This document shows positions 8,163-15,069 of a stretch of 64,000 nucleotides of DNA, one piece after another. Every line of letters begins with the position of its first letter. Position 1 is the stretch's first letter. The translations under genes and the position numbers were made by a program. The stretch is taken from IMG/VR virus record IMGVR_UViG_3300042317_001568, positions 1 through 64,000 of that record; one strand, given 5' to 3'. The notes beneath the pieces were generated by a model. The model was not told the DNA's origin, did no database searches, and was given only the letters and a program-made list of their open reading frames with translations.

Positions 8163-8588
8163 ATGAGTGACGTTCTAGTCGACATTCAGGAAGAGTACGG
8201 CTACCAGCATTGGTGGCTGCTCTGCACAGAAAAAGAATTTGCAGATATTTGCCGGCGCTGGCAGACTATGAAAAACCTATGCTGTTTGGTGCCGGTAGAC
8301 CTCGTGTTTCCCGGCGCCCGTGGACAGTTTAATCAATGGCCGCCGGAGGCCGCCTGCAAATCACGGGTAGAAAATGCCCGCGTAGTCCGCGCGCATGTAC
8401 ATCAGCACGACGATTCGTGGCTGGATGGCGTCACGTACAACATACCGGTCAGCGCCGACGAAAATGACGACTCTTTCGAGATTGACGGCGTGGTGTACAC
8501 TGGCGAGCAAATCATAGCGTTGCTCGCCGAGTCGCGCGCCAAGCGCACGGCAGACTATTTCGCGCTTCATCCGGAGGACGCGGGGTGA
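8163..8588 (+). CDS. Hypothetical protein
   Basis: GGAGA RBS; continuous ORF. Confidence 0.7.
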   Translation: MSDVLVDIQEEYGYQHWWLLCTEKEFADICRRWQTMKNLCCLVPVDLVFPGARGQFNQWPPEAACKSRVENARVVRAHVHQHDDSWLDGVTYNIPVSADENDDSFEIDGVVYTGEQIIALLAESRAKRTADYFALHPEDAG

Positions 8589-8863
8589 AACTCTTGCTTT
8601 GCCCGGAATGTTCTGACATATTCAACCTGCAAGCACACGTTAAAATGTGCAGCTGCGGGCAAACGCGTGGTCAGTACATTGACAATATAAATGCTGTCTA
8701 CTCTGGGGGTATACCTCTGGGGTTCGCTAACACCACGTTTCTTGAGGCGGTTGCAAATCAGCCTCAAGCTGGTGACGGCAAAACGTTTACTGCGTTTGTG
8801 ATTCCTGTTATGTGTCCCACTTTCAAGGAGCTACCCGATGGCCTTTCGAAGAGTGAACGCTGA
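8585..8863 (+). CDS. Hypothetical Zn-binding phage protein
   Basis: CPEC...CSCG; GTGA overlap. Confidence 0.75.
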   Translation: MKLLLCPECSDIFNLQAHVKMCSCGQTRGQYIDNINAVYSGGIPLGFANTTFLEAVANQPQAGDGKTFTAFVIPVMCPTFKELPDGLSKSER

Positions 8864-9005
8864 GCAGTATGTCGAGCTGTGTAACTTCTGCATGGAGAAT
8901 GACATCGCCTACGAGCTAAAAACGCTCGACAAGACGACGTTGCTCTTCGGGCTCGACCGACGATTCTGGCATGCGATTGACTACGGAGCGCTCGCGTGCG
9001 TGTAG
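8838..9005 (+). CDS. Small hypothetical protein (55 aa, not in the ORF track)
   Basis: AAGGAG RBS; MAFRRVNAEQYVELC...; ends just before tRNA-Glu. Confidence 0.55.
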   Translation: MAFRRVNAEQYVELCNFCMENDIAYELKTLDKTTLLFGLDRRFWHAIDYGALACV

Positions 9006-9008
9006 TTA

Positions 9009-9081
9009 GGCCCCATCGTCTAGAGGCCTAGGACACCACCCTTTCACGGTGGATACTGGGGTTCGAATCCCCATGGGGTCA
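9009..9081 (+). tRNA. tRNA-Glu(UUC)
   Basis: Acceptor GGCCCCA/TGGGGTC; CCACC-CT-TTC-AC-GGTGG. Confidence 0.95.
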
Positions 9082-9115
9082 GTGGTTCGATTTTCTTTAA
9101 CAACAAAGGTTTCCC

Positions 9116-9274
9116 GTGAAAAGCCAGTATTTTTTCATCGCTGCCGCAGGGCTGAGTTTTGTCTTCAGTGTTAGTCTCTGGTTTGCCGGAGAGACTGATT
9201 TGAATCGGCAGCAGGCCCTTTTCGTAGGGCTGTGGGTGCCTAGTATCTTGGGTCTGGGGACACTCTTAAAGTGA
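9116..9274 (+). CDS. Small two-TM membrane protein (52 aa, not in the track)
   Basis: MKSQYFFIAAAGLSFVFSVSLWF...LFVGLWVPSILGLG. Confidence 0.65.
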   Translation: MKSQYFFIAAAGLSFVFSVSLWFAGETDLNRQQALFVGLWVPSILGLGTLLK

Positions 9275-9372
9275 CTAACTTCACGATTTTCATCGTCGGA
9301 ATTATCGTGACACTGATAACAGGAATGGGCGTTCTGCTCAGTCTTGTGTCCATTGGGTACAAAAAAAAGTAA
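9271..9372 (+). CDS. Small single-TM peptide (33 aa, not in the track)
   Basis: GTGA overlap; MTNFTIFIVGIIVTLITGMGVLLSLVSIGYKKK. Confidence 0.6.
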   Translation: MTNFTIFIVGIIVTLITGMGVLLSLVSIGYKKK

Positions 9373-9386
9373 GTATCTTCTGGCGT

Positions 9387-9460
9387 GACTCGGTAGCCCA
9401 ACTGGCAGAGGCGCAGGATTTAGGTTCCTGTTGTTGTGGGTTCGACTCCCACCCGGGTCA
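9387..9460 (+). tRNA. tRNA with UAG anticodon (Leu), short variable loop
   Basis: Acceptor GACTCGG/CCGGGTC; CAGGA-TT-TAG-GT-TCCTG; 5-nt variable loop; A73. Confidence 0.85.
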
Positions 9461-9486
9461 TTGGTCTTTTTCTATAGGAGCGCATT

Positions 9487-9798
9487 ATGCGTATTTGGCT
9501 CGATGACGTTCGGCCCATGCCGGCTGAGTGGGACGTATGGCTCAGGACAGCCGAACAAGCTATTCTGGCTATCAAGCTTGGCGGCGTGACGGCTATTTCA
9601 CTGGACCACGATCTCGGCGACGAGTCTGCTAAGACCGGCTACGACGTGGCGAAGTTCATCGAAGAAGGAGCCTTTAAGGATACAATAGCTCCCATAGAAA
9701 TCTACGTCCACACCGCAAACGCGGCGGGCAGACAAAACATCATCCGTTCGATTCGCAAAGCCGAGAAGTTTTGGCATGAGCGACTCACGCGGACTTGA
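9487..9798 (+). CDS. Cyclic-phosphate-processing receiver-like domain protein
   Basis: IWLDDVR...ISLDHDLGD...TGYDVAK...VHTAN signature. Confidence 0.85.
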   Translation: MRIWLDDVRPMPAEWDVWLRTAEQAILAIKLGGVTAISLDHDLGDESAKTGYDVAKFIEEGAFKDTIAPIEIYVHTANAAGRQNIIRSIRKAEKFWHERLTRT

Positions 9799-9921
9799 CG
9801 ATTCGCTTCGGCAAAAACGGTGCTCTGATAGTTGGTAGAGCTTAATTGCGTTCAGCCCTAGTCGGTGTGTTTTCCTCCTTTCTTAACACCGGCCAAAAAA
9901 TGCAGCCGTTTTCTCTTACTC

Positions 9922-10268
9922 GGGGGCGTACTGGTATCGACAGGATAAAGAAGGTAAAGACTGCGTGTCGTGGTTGATCGGGTGGCCACGTTAAAACTCG
10001 ATTATGTTTCTAGCTGGCGCACATGCACCGGCCCTCGCTGCCTGACCTAGGTTAGGTGGTGAGTGGGGCGTCCTGAGCCCCATCGCCCAATCAGGATGAC
10101 GCCGATAATCGGCTGATCTGGCCCAGCAAGAAAGGGCAAGATGGTGGTAGCCCACCTGACGCCGATAATCGGCTAACTTTGGCAGTAGTGTAAACAACAA
10201 CTGCCTACACACGTAGACGTTTTTACTAGGCATATCTCTGGACGCGGGTTCGACTCCCGCCGCCTCCA
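9922..10268 (+). ncRNA. ssrA: tmRNA
   Basis: 5' GGGGGCGTACTGGTATCGAC; 3' GGACGCGGGTTCGACTCCCGCCGCCTCCA; internal reading frame ending ALAA-TGA (10043-10045). Confidence 0.93.
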
Positions 10269-10271
10269 CTG

Positions 10272-10332
10272 CACTACCGCGCTTTGACTGCATGGGTAAA
10301 ACCCTAAGTCAAAGCGCGGTAGTGTTTTTTTT
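10272..10332 (+). terminator. Intrinsic terminator with an 18-bp perfect stem
   Basis: CACTACCGCGCTTTGACT / AGTCAAAGCGCGGTAGTG followed by T8. Confidence 0.85.
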
Positions 10333-10337
10333 GTACT

Positions 10338-10367
10338 CCCATCGGCAACGTGCCGGTGGGTTTTTTT
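10338..10367 (+). terminator. Second tandem intrinsic terminator
   Basis: CCCATCGGCA-ACG-TGCCGGTGGG followed by T7. Confidence 0.75.
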
Positions 10368-10404
10368 GTTGATTATCTTTCCCCAGCAGAAGGAGTTGCT
10401 GCAA

Positions 10405-11037
10405 ATGGCAACGAAGGCACGGAGTAAGAAGTCGCGGATTGCCAATAAGACCGCGATCAAGAAGAAGCAGACGGCCACGAGCGTGAGCCGTATCGATGTC
10501 ACGAAGGTGGCGACAGGACTTGTGGCGCAGATCACCGCGGCGCTGAAGCGCTTCGGCAAGGTCGACCATCACAAGCTCCGGACGACTGTTTACGCTAACC
10601 GCGAGGTGGCGCTGAACATTCTGCCTGCGCACGTGCGAGGTGCTTCCAAGCGTGTGGACAACTCTTGTCCGGTCGCGAGGGCGCTGCTCGCGTCGCCGCT
10701 TGGTCAGTGGATCACCGACGCACATGTCGGTAATACCACTGTGCGTGTTTGGAACGCGGCTGTTCCAGACTTGGAGGTTAAGTTCCTGTTGTCCCCTGAG
10801 TTGATGTACGCTGTAAAGGCGTGGGATCGGCCGAACGGAAAGTGGGAACTTGATCCCGGAGTGTACTGGCTGCACTCGTACCCGCGATCGCTCCGACGTG
10901 GTTACGTGGCGCGTGAGCCGCGGACCTATTCAGAATCGGGTCCTCGTGTCCGCACGGCGATGCGGCATATCACGCGTCTCAACGACGTGCGGCGCGCGAT
11001 GGCTTTGTCGGATGTCAAGATGACCAAGAAGCGCTAA
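10405..11037 (+). CDS. Basic hypothetical protein
   Basis: AAGGAG RBS; Lys/Arg-rich termini; SCPVARAL segment. Confidence 0.75.
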   Translation: MATKARSKKSRIANKTAIKKKQTATSVSRIDVTKVATGLVAQITAALKRFGKVDHHKLRTTVYANREVALNILPAHVRGASKRVDNSCPVARALLASPLGQWITDAHVGNTTVRVWNAAVPDLEVKFLLSPELMYAVKAWDRPNGKWELDPGVYWLHSYPRSLRRGYVAREPRTYSESGPRVRTAMRHITRLNDVRRAMALSDVKMTKKR

Positions 11038-11169
11038 ACTCTAGCGCACTGAAAACAAGCTCCGCTGCTGGAAAGCGACTCAGCCACCGAGTTGTCAGGT
11101 AAAATCGCCCCGTACAGGGGCACAGGGACAACCAGCGGATACTTGTTTTTTTAACTACTGGAGCCAAGC

Positions 11170-11628
11170 ATGGACAAGCTGCTGTTTCTTGATGTCGATG
11201 GTGTGCTTAACAACGCCCGAATATTACGCGCAGAAAGTATTTTTGGGCTCGGTTGCAAGCAATTGAGTCTTCTAAAGCTTATCGTAGCTAACACTTGTTG
11301 TGAAATCGTACTCTCGTCAACGTGGCGACTGAACGACGAGCATAGAGAAGCGCTGCGTAACGCTTTTGAAGAACACTTAATACCTATGTGGATCGGGCAA
11401 ACGCCTGATTTGGGCATTTGCATGCGTCGTGACGAGATACTTTCGTGGATGATTGGGCATGAGGCGCCGGCCAAAGTCGTTATTCTCGACGACGACAAGG
11501 ACGCAATGCTGGTAAACGCGCCAGAACGCTTCCGAGAACGGCTTTTTGTGCACACTAACTTCGATCATGGTCTTACGTTAGACCACGCGGAGGCGATTTT
11601 GGAGTTTTTTAAGGAGGACTGTAAGTGA
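11170..11628 (+). CDS. HAD-superfamily phosphatase, RNA-repair (Swiss-army-knife) type
   Basis: LFLDVDGVLN (DxD), IVLSSTWR, VVILDDD, GLT. Confidence 0.85.
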   Translation: MDKLLFLDVDGVLNNARILRAESIFGLGCKQLSLLKLIVANTCCEIVLSSTWRLNDEHREALRNAFEEHLIPMWIGQTPDLGICMRRDEILSWMIGHEAPAKVVILDDDKDAMLVNAPERFRERLFVHTNFDHGLTLDHAEAILEFFKEDCK

Positions 11629-11837
11629 TTATGCGTCATTTAGAGGCAATGATTCTGCAAGAGCGCGGCGACAACCGAAATCTGCTCGCGGAAATCAAAG
11701 AAAAGCTGTCTCCTGAGTCGCAGGAACGGCTTTTCCGCCTTTTCCAAGACCATGAGCACGAGATTGGCCGCCTGAAAAGGAAAGCCAGCATGACTTCGGC
11801 AGCAATCGCGAGTCATCTGGCTGGTTTTGGACGCTGA
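11625..11837 (+). CDS. Hypothetical protein
   Basis: GGAGG RBS; GTGA overlap. Confidence 0.65.
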   Translation: MIMRHLEAMILQERGDNRNLLAEIKEKLSPESQERLFRLFQDHEHEIGRLKRKASMTSAAIASHLAGFGR

Positions 11838-11843
11838 AAAGCA

Positions 11844-11942
11844 GTGTTTTGACGTAACTCCTTATCGCGCAGTAGTTTACGACCGCTGGCATATGCTATT
11901 TGTCGTAAATGTCTGTGCGGTAAGGAGTTACGCAAAATACAC
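11844..11942 (+). repeat. About 40-bp imperfect inverted repeat (long hairpin)
   Basis: Arms 11844-11883 and 11902-11942; several mismatches are G-U on the + strand. Confidence 0.85.
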
Positions 11943-12012
11943 CAAACGCAACGATCCGTTTTTTTAGCTAATAGCGCCCCTGTATACTCATTTGTTTACA
12001 CAGGAGGGCGCT

Positions 12013-12084
12013 ATGGATACCTGCAGCTTCGATTTTGAGGACATTATGTCCTTCCTGTTCGACGACGACTGGGACGCCGAATAG
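12013..12084 (+). CDS. Putative 23-aa acidic peptide
   Basis: GGAGGG RBS; MDTCSFDFEDIMSFLFDDDWDAE. Confidence 0.45.
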   Translation: MDTCSFDFEDIMSFLFDDDWDAE

Positions 12085-12109
12085 CCCTAAATACCCCCTA
12101 TGGCGAATA

Positions 12110-12138
12110 GCTAAATATAGGCCAAAAACAGGGTATAT
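12110..12138 (+). promoter_or_regulatory. Bipartite promoter-like motif, copy 2
   Basis: GCTAAAT-N15-GGTATAT. Confidence 0.7.
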
Positions 12139-12140
12139 GA

Positions 12141-13142
12141 ATTGACGGGGATAATAGGTATTGCCTATAGACCCGTCCCGGAACCCGCTACGGTGAAAGT
12201 GGGACCAGACCTGCAGCAGCAGTGTTCTGGGCTTAATACTGCGGGGAAGCGCCGCAGGGCTGATGATCGGCCGCCACAATCCGTCGGGTCCGTTGCAGTG
12301 GACCAGTGAGACGTTAAAACAGAATCTCGACTGCGCGGCCTAATACGCCGTAACGTTCTGGCTGTAAAGTCAGATCGTTATCCGCACCGCTACAGGTGTG
12401 GGTGAGCCGGCCCTTCTCGATGGGGTCTGGTTTCCCGATGGGGGTGTGCACTCATTAGAGCACCTCCATTAAGACGTTGTGGCGCCTCTTCTGCGCGACC
12501 AACGTACGGCCTGTGTCAATATAAGTCGTACCCAAGGTACGCTTTTGAAACAGGGTTTGCTGCTAATTCCTCCAGCGCAGCACACGGTTTTCGCAAGCCG
12601 TCCAATCGGGAGTCGATTCAGTGTAGGGAGACAAAGTAGCCATGGCGAAATGTTTCCAGCAGTGTTGACAGGGCGTAACGCACCCTGTGTGTGACACACT
12701 GCGATCTACAGCTGCAATCGGCTGCGAACCCATCTTCGGTTCGTGAGTGGAGGACAATACACGCTAGCCGCAAGGCTGGCACGTCGTTTCTTCCGACGTA
12801 GCGGAAGAGGTTTGACCAACAAGCCTAACTGTTGGTGATCGTATGTGGGTTAAACCACAAACGTTCGCGAGCCGCTCAGTCGCCAAAGTTCCAAGAGCCC
12901 TTAGTTGCGTTACGGAAGTGAAACGCAACGGCTAGCCGTGTAGCAGGAACGTGTATTAAGACACGTACACGGCACAATAAACGCCTACCACCGGGCGATA
13001 TGGCGTGGCTGCCGCACGAGGGAAGTAACGTGCGTGGGGACCGGCACCTAGCCGGGGCTGTGGACGCACAGTTGACGCTTAAATGGAAGACGCGGCGAGG
13101 TGCACCTCAAAGCGAGCCGGGTTCGATTCCCGGCATAGTGTC
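12141..13142 (+). ncRNA. Candidate giant structured ncRNA 1 (about 1 kb)
   Basis: No credible ORF; many hairpins and long-range helices; T-arm-like 3' end; promoter motif directly upstream. Boundaries are approximate. Confidence 0.65.
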
Positions 13143-13228
13143 TAGTTTTTTGGCAAGGTACCGTTCCCTGCCACCCCATCTGAGGGCTTTTGAACGGACG
13201 CGTGTCTCGAAAGAGAAAGGGGAGTGCT

Positions 13229-14101
13229 ATGAGCACTTTCAAGTCAGTTGTCGCCAGCCCGTTTTACGGGTTCGGCTGGGTCGCTGGTCAGATCAAGAAC
13301 GGCTACGACAAGGCGGTGAACGCCACGTCGTCGGCCGCGTCGCAGGTGGCCACCGCCGCCACCTCGACGGCCAAGGCCGCCAAGGCCAAGGCCACCAAGG
13401 CGGGCAAGGCCGTGAAGGGCGGCGCCAAGGCGGCCAAGGCTGCTACGGTTAAGGCCGGCAGCTCGGCCAAGGCGAAGGTTGCGTCCTTCGCCCGCCACGC
13501 CGCCGCCGATGCCCGCGGGCTCGGCGCCATGCTGTTCGGCATGGTCAAAGTGGCCGCCGTGGGCGTTGTCACGATTGCCACCGCGGTTCTCCTCGGTGTC
13601 GTCAAGACGGTGGGCTTGGTGGCCCACGCCGTGGGGCTGATTGCCCTCGGCGTGGCGGCGTTGGTGGTGACTAGCTTCTCGCTGGTTGCCATTGCAGCGT
13701 TCTGCGTGGCGTTTCTCGCAACGCTCGCCGTGGTGTTCATCGTCCGCGGAATCTTCACAGCGCTCGCGGCTGTGGGGCGGTTTCTGACCGGCGAAGGCGG
13801 CATGGTTATCGCGACCGTGTTGCACGACCTGTCGGTGTTCTGCTGCTTCCTTGCCGCCGTTTACGCCTGCGTTGCGGTGGCGGCGGTGGCCATTCCGGCG
13901 CTCGGGATTGCCGCCGCCAATGCTGCCGCCGTGGCGGTGATCGCCACGTGGTGTGCCCTGCTGGGCGCGGGAACGGGGATTGCCGGCCTTCTGCTGGAGG
14001 CCGCCAACCGCCTCCCGGAGGTTGTGGTGTATGCGCCGCCCAGTCGGCGTATCCTGCCTAACGACGTCTATCCGGGCGTCATCGGCACCGCGACTGCCTG
14101 A
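13229..14101 (+). CDS. Ala/Lys-rich multi-pass membrane protein
   Basis: GGGGAG RBS; AKA repeats followed by several hydrophobic helices. Confidence 0.8.
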   Translation: MSTFKSVVASPFYGFGWVAGQIKNGYDKAVNATSSAASQVATAATSTAKAAKAKATKAGKAVKGGAKAAKAATVKAGSSAKAKVASFARHAAADARGLGAMLFGMVKVAAVGVVTIATAVLLGVVKTVGLVAHAVGLIALGVAALVVTSFSLVAIAAFCVAFLATLAVVFIVRGIFTALAAVGRFLTGEGGMVIATVLHDLSVFCCFLAAVYACVAVAAVAIPALGIAAANAAAVAVIATWCALLGAGTGIAGLLLEAANRLPEVVVYAPPSRRILPNDVYPGVIGTATA

Positions 14102-14179
14102 CTAAGGTCGGGTAGTAAACATTGACGCGCACACACGCGTGGAGGGCAGCAAGCCACCTCCTTACCAAAAAAGAATTGC

Positions 14180-14215
14180 ACGGGCCGGTCACGCCGACGC
14201 AGGCCCGTTTCTTTT
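14180..14215 (+). terminator. Probable intrinsic terminator
   Basis: ACGGGCC...GGCCCGT followed by a T-rich tail. Confidence 0.5.
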
Positions 14216-14259
14216 ATCTATTCCCAATCCCACATCCTTAAGAAAGGAACGCGTTAATT

Positions 14260-14886
14260 ATGGGAATTCTGGACACCAAGGCTGCCGTGGCGTGCACGGT
14301 TGCTCACGAGTCGATTCAGCAGATGCGGAAGTATGGCGACCGGCGCTATTACACGCACCCGCTGACGGTGGCCGCGCTCGTGCACACGCTGCCGGGCACG
14401 GACGAGGCGATGTTCGCTGCGGCGTGCCTCCATGACGTCATCGAAGACGTCTACCCGAAGAACCCCGCCTACGGCCCCGCGTGGGTTGCGAACAACTTCG
14501 GCGAGGAAGTGCTGCTGCTCGTTCATGAGCTCACCAACGAGTTCACGAAAGAGCGGTATCCCGACCTCAACCGCAACGAGCGGAAGCGGCGGGAGAGTCT
14601 GCGGCTCGCCGACATCTCCGACGCCGCGAAGGTTGTGAAGCAGGCAGACCTGTATCACAACAGCACGGAGATCAGCCCTGACACCCGCTTCTGGGGTCAA
14701 TGGTTGAAGGAGAAGAACGAGCTCGACGAGCTCATCGGCGCGTGGGAGGACCGCGAGTGCGGCTTCCTCACGGGTGGCGACGTCTGGAGTCTTGTCGGCT
14801 CTGGCGAGTTCAAGATGCTCGTCGCTACGGCGCACGAGATCGACGAGTTCTACAAGGTCGCCGACTGGGGCCTTGTGACTGCGTAA
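14260..14886 (+). CDS. HD-domain hydrolase, RelA/SpoT-HD (Mesh1/SAH-like)
   Basis: AH...Q-x-RK...Y-x-x-HP-x-x-VA...AA-x-LHDVIED...FG-x-EV-x-x-LV-x-ELT...VK-x-AD-x-x-HN. Confidence 0.85.
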   Translation: MGILDTKAAVACTVAHESIQQMRKYGDRRYYTHPLTVAALVHTLPGTDEAMFAAACLHDVIEDVYPKNPAYGPAWVANNFGEEVLLLVHELTNEFTKERYPDLNRNERKRRESLRLADISDAAKVVKQADLYHNSTEISPDTRFWGQWLKEKNELDELIGAWEDRECGFLTGGDVWSLVGSGEFKMLVATAHEIDEFYKVADWGLVTA

Positions 14887-14946
14887 ACAATTGGCGCGGC
14901 AGGGAGTCCTGCCCTCCCGCACCTTTTGTTTAGCTATTAGCGCGTA

Positions 14947-14975
14947 GCTAAATATACGACAAATAAACGGCATAT
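14947..14975 (+). promoter_or_regulatory. Bipartite promoter-like motif, copy 3
   Basis: GCTAAAT-N15-GGCATAT, preceded by TTTAGCTATTAGCGC. Confidence 0.7.
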
Positions 14976-15069
14976 CTAATGAGTACCGGGAATCATATTG
15001 CCACTGGTACTTGAGTTTTAAGCCGCACATCCGGCTAGCTCCACAAGGCAATTCTGAAGGAGCCCACAA

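Noticed and set aside
10097-10174. Mini CRISPR array
   Set aside because: Only two 18-nt copies, inside the tmRNA, and no cas genes. No CRISPR array was seen anywhere in the window.
12190-12200. Group II intron domain V suggested by GGTGAAAGT
   Set aside because: No AGC/CGC triad helix, no domain VI, and no interrupted gene. Group I P7 motifs were not seen either.
12469-13228. Track ORFs within candidate RNA 1 (12469-, 12479+, 12563-, 13000+)
   Set aside because: Short, no RBS, mutually overlapping and without protein-like features.
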